Below are positions 12,066 to 24,400 of a stretch of DNA of 64,000 nucleotides, in pieces; the first letter of the stretch is position 1; each line of letters starts with the position of its first letter. Source of the DNA: Catajapyx aquilonaris (Eukaryota); contig JYFJ02001709.1 of the NCBI GenBank assembly GCA_000934665.2, forward strand, positions 1 through 64,000. The letters run 5' to 3'. A program made the position numbers and the translations under genes. The notes under the pieces were generated by a model. The model was given only the letters and a program-made list of their open reading frames with translations. It was not told the DNA's origin and ran no database searches.

Positions 12066-15000
12066 ATGGCCTTACGAAAGGTGAAAGGAAACTTGGAGAG
12101 AATGTTTGACAAGAACCTGACAGACCTTGTTCGTGGGATTCGCAACAACAAAGAAAATGAGGTAGGCTCCAGTGTATTTGTGATTTTCATTCATTTTCTG
12201 GCCGTATATTAATCATCCTTACTTTTCACTTTACTATCAGGCAAAGTACATTGCCCAGTGCATCGAAGAGATCAAGCAAGAGTTGAGGCAAGAGAATATT
12301 GCTGTGAAAGCCAATGCAGTCGCTAAGTTGACATATGTAGGTTCTTTGATATTGAAGTTGAATTAGAGGAAGTACTAAAAAATGACATTTATTTTCCAGT
12401 TACAAATGCTTGGGTATGATATAAGTTGGGCAGGGTTCAACATAATAGAAGTCATGAGTTCATCCAAGTTTACTTACAAAAGGATTGGTTACTTATCTGC
12501 TTCCCAGTGCTTCCATCCAGATACAGAGGTAGAGTTATTATTTTCCTGTTTGTAATAATTATTGTCCCTGTTAACTGGTGCCTGATGTGCCACCTACCAT
12601 ATTTGATATTTTTAGTTGCTGATGTTGACAACCAATATGGTCAGGAAGGATCTAAATAGCCAGAATCAGTATGAAGCTGGAACCACACTTTCCTCTCTGG
12701 CATGTTTTATCAGTCCAGACTTGGCAAGAGATTTGGCCAATGATGTCATGACATTGGTAAGTGAGTGGCAACATTTTGACGAGTTTTCTGTCATGAAAAC
12801 CACATGAAGCGTTAAGGTCACCAAATATTTTACTTGTAATTTTCAGCTTACATCCACCAAGCCGTACATTAGGAAAAAGGCAGTTCTTCTTATGTACAAA
12901 ATATTCCTGAGGTTTCCTGATGCTCTGCGCCCAGCTTTTCCACGCTTGAAAGAAAAACTTGAGGATCCAGATCCAGGTCAATATTGACACTTATTTTAAT
13001 GCACTGTAGTTTCAGTAAGTGTTATGGGATCACTTGTATTTTTAGGGGTGCAATCTGCTGCTGTCAATGTTGTTTGTGAATTGGCCAGGAAGAACCCGAA
13101 GAACTACCTGAGCTTGGCACCAGTATTCTTCAAGTTGATGACCACTTCAACTAACAACTGGATGCTTATTAAAATCATCAAATTGGTATGTGTTATTCTC
13201 AATTAGCTAACCAGGGGTTGTGGTGTTTTTAATAAGACTGTGCTAATAAATTTTATTTCACTTCTTACAGTTTGGGGCCCTGACACCTCTCGAACCCCGT
13301 CTAGGCAAGAAGCTGATCGAGCCACTAACAAATTTGATTCACAGGTTTGCTTTTTAATTTACATTACTGTGATGGTTCTGAGCTTGCCGTCATTAGTTTT
13401 ACTCTTCCCTGCTGCCTTTTCGCCAGAAGGAATTAAGTCTTGAGTCAGTTCTCAAAAGTGTTACCAAAAGTCTTCTATATTATGAACTTAGCTCTACTTT
13501 GCCTCAACTGCTTGTCGGGGTCAGGATATTTATAAGAGAAACTCATAGAAGTATAGCATGAAATTACGATATTGACTACCCTAGTGAAAATTAATGCTTT
13601 GGAGAAGATCTGGAGGTTTGTGTGTGGTTGTGTAGTGCCAACTTCTGAGTAGCGAAGGATGCAAGTGATTAAGCAACATTTAGTGTAGCCCAAGAATACC
13701 TAATTATTTCAAGTGCTTTTTAAAAATGTTAATGAGACTATTTTTCTTTGTAGCACTTCTGCAATGTCACTTTTGTATGAATGCATCAACACAGTCATTG
13801 CAGGTAAATGCATGTATAAGCATAATATGTGATGTGCCCAATTAACATTATTGAACCACTTTTCAGTGTTGATTACAATATCATCAGGTATGCCCAATCA
13901 CAGTGCTTCTATTCAGCTCTGTGTCCAGAAGCTTCGGATCCTCATTGAAGATACAGATCAGAATTGTGAGACATTCTTCAAAGTGACTTGTGTTTTTTGT
14001 GAGTGCATTTATCTTAATATTTTAAATCCTCATTGCAGTAAAGTACCTGGGGCTTCTGGCAATGTCAAAGATCCTCAGCACACATCCCAAGTCTGTCCAG
14101 TCTCACAAGGACTTGATTTTGCAATGCTTGGATGATAAGGATGAGTCAATTCGACTGAGAGCACTGGACCTTCTTTATGGAATGGTGAGCTCAAACCTAC
14201 TTGCACTAGACACTAGAGACTAGTAGATATTTAATGAGAAGATTGTTCTTTATCAATATTATTTATGTGTAGGCATTTGAAGGCACAGCTCACATAGTAG
14301 GGAAGCTAAAGGACAATTTCACTGTTTAGAAATGTTTAGAATTATTTACTAATTCAAGAAGATTTTACCCCATGGAATTTAATTTTTGTATTTATTATTC
14401 AACTATAAACTTTCCATTTCTTAATTTTTTTTTCTCATTCCAAGGTGTCAAAGAAGAACCTGATGGAGATTGTGAAGAAACTGATGGTCCACATGGACAA
14501 AGCAGAAGGGTCAATGTATCGTGATGAGTTGCTGTCAAAGATAGTGCAAATATGCTCGCAGAATAATTACCAGCATATCACTAACTTTGAGTGGTATGTG
14601 AGTGTCCTGGTTGAGCTGACTAGAATGGAAGGAACCAGGCATGGAGGACTTTTGGCCTCTCAGATGCTTGATGTAGCAATCAGGGTTGAGGCTGTGAGGG
14701 CTTTTGCTGTGGACCAGATGGCCCTCTTGCTTGACAATGCACCTGCCATCCTAGGGACCACTCAGGGATCTTCTCTTGTTGAAGTGCTCTATGCAGCAGC
14801 CTGGATCTGTGGGGAGTTTGCTGAGTGAGTAACGTTATGATGCTCTTGCATATGATATTTTGACTTGCAGAAGTTGTTAGTATTGTGGCATTCTTTTGAT
14901 TGGATTTTCTCAAAATTTAACAATTTCCAATTTAGCTTTTTTCTCATTTGTCTACTTCTTACTATCCATTTCAAAAATTCAGTTACCTTAATGGAACAAA

Positions 15001-18000
15001 ATTTGCACAAATTCTGCTTTAAGGCCCATACACACAGGCAGTCGACGGTTTTGGTCGCATTGACGCTGCGGACCAATCATGACTCATGTAAACAAGCTCA
15101 ACACTTGTGTTGCGCTTGTTGCTTGGTCCATGGCGTCAACGCGACCAAAGACCAAAACCGTCGACCGCCTGTGTGTATGGGCCTTTACACACAAAAAATT
15201 AGCAATCTTGTATCCTATACATGTGAGAGTATTTGTGCAGTTTGGTGCTAGTGAGGTGACAGCATGTAAAAAAATGAAATAATAGTGTCAAGCACATTTT
15301 AAAAACTGTGGATGTTATTTTACCTACCAAAAAAGTGACTTCACCATAATTTGCTCAGCCCACTTTCTGCATATTGGGGTAGGAAGAATCCCTACCATTT
15401 AAGACACACATCCTGCTTCCCACCGGAGAAACAAGATGCAATTGAAATTTTTCATTCCTTTTTGATCTATTGCGTTGGGTGAGAGTTGTGTGACTGTACC
15501 ATTAATATTGAGGATATACCATTCTTGTTTCAGTCATTTGTCCAGTCCAAAATCTACTTTGGAAGCTATGCTTAAGGGAAAGGTTGGATCACTTCCAGGC
15601 CACATCCAGGCTGTTTACATACAGAACATTCTGAAGCTTTATTCACGTCTTTTGAAGAAGGCTGAAGAGAATGATAATACTGTGCTGATGGAAGAGGTAA
15701 GCTTTATCTTTTCATTGCATAGAAGTTATCTGATCTTAACATGGGTTTAGTGGCTGAGCATCAAAAAGGTTTAGTTACAAAGATAACGTTGAGAAAATAC
15801 GATACAACGGCATTCTACCAAATAAAATAGGACATCTGTAGTCTGTAGCAATTAAAATACAAATGTGAAACTATTTACTTTTATTTCCATACTCTTCCAG
15901 CTCCATGGGATGTTGTTGGATCGATTGCCCTCCTTTGTATCCAGTGGTGATCTTGAAGTTCAAGAAAGGGCCAGTTGTAGCTTACAATTCGTCAAATACA
16001 TCCAGAAGCTTCAAGGCAAAGGTGAACATGTGGCCAGTGAAATGGAAGCCCTGTTTGCCATGGAGCTCAATCCCGTTGCCCCTAAGGCACAGAAGAAGGT
16101 GCCTGTACCTGATGGGTAAGTTCATAAATGGCAATACCACAGTGACCTATTAATTTGGATTTCTATTAAAGGCTGGATTTGGATGCCTGGATAAATGAGC
16201 CTCTTTCTGACACATCCTCTGATGAAGATGCTTCTAGATCTGATGTGTTTGTGAGGGGTGAAAGAGGTACCTTTGGGCACAATAACTATGAAGAATCACC
16301 AGTGCGAATTGAGCCTTCTGAGGAAGAACTGGAGAAGGTAAGTTATAGGCAAGCAATACACATGTCGCAGACATGTGTTATTTCAAATTTGTCAATATTA
16401 CAGAGGCGTGAAGCAAGAAAGCAGGAGCAGGCAAGCAATCCCCATTACCTGAAGGTACAGCCAAATAAACTACATATGAATTCCCTTAATGATGTGGAAG
16501 TAGGAGAAATTCCTTTGACAGAGATTGACCTATCAGTTCCACTGAAAATACCAGGTGAGTTTCATTGTAGGACTTTGATGCATATTGTGGATTTTGAAAT
16601 GTGTTACACCAGAATCCACTCTTCAAGAATTGAAGATAATTCTAGAATTTTTTTTGCAAGCCTGTGATACTTGTTGATTGTTACTTTTAAGGTCTGGCAT
16701 CTTCTGAAAAGTACCTGAATCTGGCCAAAAGCAGTGGCAAAAAGGAAAAGAAGAAGAAGAAAAAGAGGAAAAAGGGTAGGTTTCACATTTGCACTTTAAT
16801 TACAAGTCAGTATGAATGTTATTATTAGTTTTTGGGAAAGGAGATACCTCAGTTCACTCATAATATTTATGTAAAAACCAACAGGTCATGAAGTTGCATC
16901 AGACAGTGAAGAGGAAGCACCACTGCAGTTGGTCAATACTGCTGTTGGTGAAATGCCTGAAGGAGCAACATTATCTGGAGATGAGGAAGATTCCAGGCCT
17001 GAAGATGATCCTCACAGATATCTTGATATCAATCTTGATGAGTAAGTGCAGCACATAGTTTCATTTTTCTAGATTTCTTCCTCCACACTCACAAATTCAG
17101 TTGATGAGGTTATTGAGATGTTTCAAGTCATGAAAAGTTAGCTCAATGGATAATAATTCTACCAATCTGTATACTGTCTCCTATAATTTTTGAGAAAATA
17201 GCATACATATTGGTGGGCTACACTAGAGTAAAAGGAAGGTGACTTACTTGGGCATGCATGTCATAATTTGACTGGTAATTTCTAGACCTGTGGATACATC
17301 AGAGAAGGTGGTCCCCCAGACATCCCTCTTGAATGATACAAGTCCTGTACCAACTCCTGCCAAGACCAAAAAGGTCAAGAAGCATCGCAAGGAAAAAAAG
17401 ACTGGCAAAAAAGAGAAAAAGCACAAAGCTGATTCTACGGCCCAACTTATAAGCACTGAAGAAGTTGTCTCAGCTGAGAAAGTGGTAGAAGCAGAGGAAG
17501 AAGCACCTGTTGCTCCAGTCAGCAGTGATGTGGAAGACTGGTTGGAAACTGTTGGACCTGCAAGGAAAGAGTCCCCACCACTGGAACAAACAGAAGAATT
17601 ACCTGTTAGGCCAGAATCAGGCAGCAAGGGCAGCAGCCTTAAGAAGAGGAAGAAGGAAAAGAAACCTAAGAAAGAGAAGAGTGGAAAGGAGAAAAAAGAG
17701 AAGGCAAGAAAAAAGGAGGATTATGAGGAAGCATTAGGTATTTCGACTCCTTCAGCAGAGGTCATTCCAACTAGTGAAAATCCTCCAGTGCCACACTATC
17801 CGGGTTCTTCTTACCAAGTGTTGGCTGAGAACAAGCTGCTCAGAATGGTGAGTGCCATTCAGATTGAAATCACTTTACAAAATAACATTTTTATTATGGA
17901 TATGTTATGCTTACCATGAAGTGGTGAATTAGCCAAACTTTCACCTTGTTTCTGGTTTGTTTTATTAGGCATACGAGACTCGGTTAATACCACATGAGCA

Positions 18001-19096
18001 GCAGTTTATCATGCTGGTTGTCTTTACCAACCTGGGCACCCAAATTCTCAAGGAATTTGAATTCAATGTCGTTGATACATTGAATGTGAAACTGGTGAAG
18101 GAAGTGAGTTGTGACTAAGAAATTCTCTTGTTGTTATTTATAAAGTCACACACAATTACGTTGTTTGCTTACCGTCATCATTTTGCAGAGTGGGAGAGAG
18201 AATGGAGTTCGACTGCCATTCCAGTTGCTTCCAGGATCTTCTTGTGAGACTCAGTTTGCTTTTACTGTGGAGCAAATTAGTATGGCACAAAAACTCAGGG
18301 GAATGCTCACATATTTTCTTGTGGTAGGTTTATTGTCTCTGTTAGCATTGCATTGCATTGAACCCATGGCATGAGTGACTCCCAGCCTTCTCCACTTACA
18401 TGGTTTATATTCTTTGACAGAGTGAAAATGGGTCCACTCAAGAGAAAATGGACTTCTGCTTGTCCTTGCCATGCTCTGTGTACATGGTTGGCACTCCAAC
18501 AGAGAAGGAGACCTTTGCAGAGCTTTTATCTGGAGGGGAGCTGACTCACAAGTCATCAGCAGTGCTGAGTGACCTGCCCATACCATTCTCCCAGGTGCTG
18601 CAAAGGGTCTGCCTTCATTCGCATTTCAGCCTGGTAGAGAAGGTGGAGTCAACTGCCTCTCTCTACAGCCACTCACTGCAGGGACATCATGTATGCCTTT
18701 TACTTAAGGCCACAGTAAGTTTGCATTTTTGTCATTCAGTGTCACTTTTATGTAATTTTGGAGGAATAATGGCCTCACCTAATTGGAGGCAGCTAGGAGA
18801 GAAAGCTCTATAGTGTTGGTTGTAGGTAAAGGCTGGTCAAAACCTTGAATCATGTGTACAGAACACATTGTGTAATTTTGATGCTAAATTTCTTTTATTC
18901 TAAACATGAGGTTGGCTCTAGTTTGAACATACTTCCTGACATAGTCGTTAAGAAATCTCCAAACAAATTGTTATATTTTAAGCAATTATTCTTATGAAAA
19001 CAGACAGGAGACGAACTGCGAATAGATGGCAAGAGCAACAACTCCCAGCTGTTGAGCAGCCTGATGGATGAGATAAGCCGTTTGATCTCATCGTGA
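12066..19096 (+). CDS. AP3D1: AP-3 complex subunit delta (garnet orthologue), ~22 coding exons
   Basis: Starts MALRKVKGNLERMFDKNLTDLVRGIRNNKENE at 12066. Adaptin-N motifs VCELARKNPKNYLSLAPVFFKLM and YQHITNFEWYVSVLVEL, ELNPVAPKAQKKVPVP, linker NPHYLK..IDLSVPLKIPG, K/E-rich hinge and C-terminal ear. Stop TGA at 19094-19096. 5' UTR acceptor at ~11910. Confidence 0.97.
15022..15184. mobile_element. PIF/Harbinger (Tourist-like) MITE in an AP3D intron
   Basis: TIRs AGGCCCATACACACAGGC and GCCTGTGTGTATGGGCCT, TTA on both flanks, internally palindromic. Confidence 0.85.
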
Positions 19097-20278
19097 CGAG
19101 AAGCCCCCAGGAGCATTGGGTCTTCCTAAATTGGGGTGGGAGCTGGGGGGTGAAATATAATTGGGTAGGAATAAACATTCCAGTCCAGTCAGAACTATGG
19201 GAAAGCCACAATTAATTTGATAACTGAAAGTGATTGTTTGCTTGCTGCTGTAATTACTGTGTCCATCATTAGTACAGTAATTTCTGCACTGATGGTTGGT
19301 CATAAGGGAGGTGCTATACTTGTACAGGCATTTTTCCTTGTATTGTGTCTCTTTGTTTGGCACTTTTGTTACACTCTTTCTGTACTTGTGTACTTATTCC
19401 CTGGTGTGATTTTGGGATGGCATTGTTTTTAGGACATTGCCTGTGCAAACATTGCACTATTGTGGCAGTGGGTCAGCAAGAATGGTTTACAAATGTGTTT
19501 CCTTTTTTTCAGAATATCACTTGTTGAAAATGTTGTGAACTGAATCTATTACATTGATTATTATTATTATTATTATGTCCTTTAACTTTGAATTAGTTCA
19601 ATCCTGCAGCACAAACACCAAAAAATGGTTTCAGGAATCACTGTGTAAAGCATTTACTGGAGTAATATGGAACCCAAATGTTCTCTCTTCCAAAGGGTCG
19701 TGTAACTGGAATTGTAACTGGGCGAAGAGTGTCATAGTACATGCAGTCTTATAGGGGGTATTTTTTTTGCAGGCATTGGTTACATCTTGCAGCAATTGAT
19801 TAATAGCAATTTAAAATAATGATCATAGTAAATTTCTTAATAATTTTTGTGCCATGTAAATACTTTACGAGCTGGGGAAAAAATTGTGATTTAAGTGGAG
19901 CCTTGTAACAGACAACCTTTGCACCTTTTGTGGCATCAGTAGCTCTCAAACTGTAAAACAATCCATCCAAAGAAATGCTAATAACAATGGTGGTCATACT
20001 GAATTAATTAAAAGTTCTGGTGTATTTACAAAGAAATGAAGTTTTCAATCATTTGACAGTATTATTCTTATTGCAGGAAATGCTTGTATCATAACAAGTG
20101 CAATATTCTTTTCAGCTGACGAAACTTCCAGAATAGAAAGGGATATGGGTATATTACAACCTGATAATGAAATAAACATAATACCCCATAGGACAAATAG
20201 GTTTTTTTTACTGAAGACAAGAGTGTTGAAATAAGAGATCAAAACTGCAGCTGCCATGGTGCGTAGTTCCATCAGTGA

Positions 20279-20293
20279 CCGCTAGATGGCAGC
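20279..20293 (+). promoter_or_regulatory. CTCF-like binding motif
   Basis: CCGCTAGATGGCAGC fits the CTCF core consensus. It lies between the AP3D 3' end and the CpG-rich mud promoter. Confidence 0.55.
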
Positions 20294-20952
20294 AGCATAT
20301 TTTCCAGCTGAGGCGATTTGTATCAGAATATAATTTGCAGTTAATTCTGATTTAGCCTGTTAAATCTTGATAAATGTGATGGAATGCTAAATTTTTTAAA
20401 TGAAAGTTTGGAGCTGGCCACTCCGTTATGATGAGCCCCGTTGTCTGGCAACCCTGCGTTCGGTTAGAAAATTTCAAAAATTGAAGACGGCGGTTGGTCT
20501 CTCTGTGGCCGGCCCGCTTCATCTCTCTTCCGCGGCTACTTGCACCTTCGTCTCGGCCCTCGTCCAGTTCGTGTGGTTCGCCTGGTTCTCCAGGCGCCCC
20601 GGACTCGTGGAATTCCAGTGCAGACCAAGAGAAATTCCTAGTTTACCCTACCTACGCAGCGTGTATAATATATGGACGGTGCCGGGCCTGCAGCTGCACT
20701 GGGGCTGAGGGAGAAGCAGCGCTCCTGTTGTTCCATCGGGTGATTCGATGTGGGAGGCGAACTGACTCGTTGGCGGTTATTTGGAGGACATTTTGTTAAG
20801 TATTGGTTGAACTGAGGTGTCATTAGGTTATTTCGTGACACAGTCGCAGTAATACATTGCATTAATTCAAAGAGGCTCAAGGTCAAAGCATTCATCTATT
20901 TATGTTGATTTATGTACAGTTACATTGTCATTGGAAAATGTTTCTTCCTACA

Positions 20953-20999
<47 letters not shown>
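20953..20999. repeat. (TTA)n microsatellite
   Basis: Direct observation; lies immediately upstream of the acceptor of the first coding mud exon. Confidence 0.95.
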
Positions 21000-21002
<3 letters not shown>

Positions 21003-21027
21003 CAGATTGTAACATACTGGTGACATA

Positions 21028-21417
21028 ATGATGTTCGGAGACCAGACACCTGTAGGTGTTTCACCTACGTTAAGTGCGACACCCATTGGGGAATCCGCAT
21101 CGCCTGTGGTTAGTCACGTTTCTTTGTAGTTTCTTTGTAGTTTTTACAGTAGGGAGCATGTGATGACGAAAGCCTGGTGATATAATATGCAATACTTTTA
21201 GACGCCATGGACCCTACGCCAGAAGGCACTGGAGGAGAAGAACAAACGAATTCGAGAGCTTCAAGGTCGTTTAGAGGTAGAGCAGCTAGAGAGGTTGGAC
21301 TTGGAAGAGGAGCTTCGCCTCCTTAATGAGAAACTTACTTACCAGGGTGAGAACATTTTCAAATAACTCTGAGAGATTTTTAAATTGAATATAATCATGT
21401 GAAGAATTACCTTGAGA

Positions 21418-21459
<42 letters not shown>

Positions 21460-24400
21460 TCTAATTCATACCCCGTTATCAGCCATCGGCTCTTTAGGGG
21501 GGAAGTTTGTTTTGGCTGGAACTCTTTGCTTTCATTTTACTGCGCTCTTTGGGATAGGATAGGGACGGAAGGAAGCGGCTGTGGCCTATTAATTACGGAA
21601 GCAACTCCGGAATTTCCCTGGAAGGACCGTGGGAAACCACAGAAAACCACGGTCAGAGTTGCCGGTCCCGGGATTCGAACCCAGGACCTCCCGATTAGCA
21701 GTCGGACGCCTTATCCACTATGCCAACCTGCTTCGGTCATTACCTTGAGAAATACGACTAATTCAGACAGTTACCAAAAAAAAAAAAAAAAAAAATCCCC
21801 CATGTGTAAAGTCTTTTGAAGTCCTGGTAGAACCAAGTGTTAGCCTGGTGGTGGAGCCAGTAAAGGACCTTGAGGTCTTCATCAGTGCAAGAGTGCTTGT
21901 TGGAAGATTCAATTGTTATTTCAAGGGACTAGGATTAGTTACTTGCAGCTATGTGAATGTTGGCAAGTGCGTGGTAATTGATCTCTCGTTGCAAAAGTGC
22001 TGAGGGCGAAGTTGGTTGCCTTGGGCTGGAAGTGCACAATCAACCCAAGATTGTCACTCCTACATTGGCTGTTACCTTTCTATTAAGGCATTGACAACCT
22101 TGCTATTACACATTAGTCCTACTTGATATTTTGCATGTCTCCCATTCAGACAAGAAGTTTCGTGAGACGAAGTCGGAGATACTGAATCTTCGGGCAGTTC
22201 GTGATGATCTTCTGACACAGCAGCAGGAAGTTGGTGAGGGTCATCAGTGCTCTAACATGCGTTACTTGCATCTCCAAGAAATAAAAGACTTGGAGAAATT
22301 TGCAAACAAGTTGCAGGCAGAGGTAGAACAGCTCACTGAGGAGAAAGAACTCCTAGCCACCAAGGTATAACTCAGCAGTGGTACAGTGGAAGAATTTGCT
22401 CTGAGCAACTATTTTGTTTACAGTCACATGAAATGACCACTAAATCTGCCCAATGGGAGCACAAGTCCAACCAGCTTCAGTACAAGGTGGAGGAACTTGA
22501 GTTCAATCTGCTGGAGAGGGAGCAAGACATGGTTACTCTGAAGCAGGCCCTCAAAGACTATAAGATTGATCTCAGTGAGCTGCAACAGCTGGTTGAGGAG
22601 AAGCAGAAGGCCTGCCCTACTCCAGACTCACCTTGGTGTTAGTAGCATTCATAACATTCCTAACCAAGGCTGGGTTGCACCCCCTCCAGGAAAATGTTCA
22701 GGTTGGAAAAGGGGAAGTAAGGCTTGCTTTTCATTGTTAACAACATTGGTGACTGCAATGAGTAACAAAATTTTCTGGCTTTTTTATAACTTGAAAGTTT
22801 CAACTAGCAATAATTGCCCTTGGTTAGACTTCAATTGGGTATGATATTGCCGTTGTGTGATTAACAGATATACAACGTAATTTTGTTACTGGCGCGGTAT
22901 AGCCACTACTGCTGTTGCCTCATAAAGAGTCTAATCAATTAATTAATCAATCAATCTAGCTGGGAAATTTTTCCTGGAGATGGTGCAACCAGACTAAGGA
23001 GGGTCTGAGGTCAAAAAAATAATGTGTGTGATTGGTTTTCTGGTATTCAAAGACTTTCATACCTGAGGTTATACAAATGAAAGATGTTCAGGAGTGTTTA
23101 TCACCTTATTGCTTTTGATATTATCCATATGATATAGTCCAAATAATCACGCATGGCCAGAGGGAAAAGATCTGGTAGAATCGCGTGTACAGGGTTGGGC
23201 AAAAGTCAAGGGCGGATAAAAACGATGCAGCATGGTGTAAGGAACGAACGATTATATTTAAAAAAAATTACACTACATAGAGAAAGATATGCCATTTATG
23301 GATCAAGGTCCAAAAAAGTCACTTCTTGAAAACAACACCGGATAGATGTCCACCTTTGCTAGCAACACATTCCTCCAAGCGCCAGACGAACACTTCATAA
23401 GGCGCTCCAGCATGTCCAGGGGACTGTTTCTCACAGCGTGTCTTATCTGATCCTTAACCCAGATATGCCGAGTGTCCCCTATAGGGGACACCTGCACAGT
23501 TGTTACATTTTAATTTTTTTGCACAGGTTCTTCTGCTGCTAAAGAGCTGGCAGTAGTCACGGGGGCTTCAGGAGAGTCCCAGCTAACGATACATGTTCAA
23601 ACCTGCTCAATATGGCTTCAGCTTTTTAAGATACAGGTGCTTGAATTTTAACTCAGGAAATAATGGCTGCACCTCCACGTTTCGAAGACAATTAGTAATT
23701 AATTCTCGAATGTTGATTAGCATTATGAGTTATTTTTTGTTTGTAATACTTAGAAAACCTATGAATGATGATGTCGATGTGGAAATACAAGAATATTTTT
23801 TACTTTCCTTGTCTGAGAGCAGTGTTGAAATCTGGTGTCCCTTCTGGGGAACGCAAGAGGCAAATGCACCCACATTTGGACAAGTAAAGTATGTCTGTGT
23901 ATTTTGTACTCTTTGTTGAACTGTATTTTAACGAATCCATACAATTAAAACGATATTACATGGCAATTGGTTAACATGGCAACAGTTGCAACAATCCTTG
24001 ATTGTTATTGATTGTTACTCAATCGCAACCCCTTCTTTGCACGGCCTGTTTCCGTGGCAATGCAATCAACAGCAATCAATCATTGGTGATATTATGAAAC
24101 TATGGATATTGCTGAATGTCACTGTTGCCATGGTAATGTAATCAACAACTGTTATAGCCATACTAGGTTACATATTCCTAGCATCCCAAAATTATAGGGA
24201 ACAGCCATTTTCTCGCAAGCAAGAATTCAGAAAAATGTTTCATCTCGATTTTTGTGTTTTGGGAACTAATATGAACTAATAGAAACAAAAAAAGTTCAAA
24301 AATTCAACAAAAACTTTTCCCGGCATATCTGGGTTAAGATCAGCCAATGACTGAGGACATGTGGCGAACACCAAACAAGTGTTTCCTGGGCGGGTCATTT

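Noticed and set aside
20400..20799. Two ~100-aa ORFs upstream of mud
   Set aside because: CpG-rich promoter/5' UTR; no resemblance to a Hook/CH domain and no convincing in-frame splice.
21207..21290. GCCATGG strong Kozak ATG as the mud start
   Set aside because: Out of frame with the coiled-coil reading frame of this exon.
21660..21738. tRNA-like sequence
   Set aside because: It is the SINE head (TSD and tail present), not a tRNA gene.
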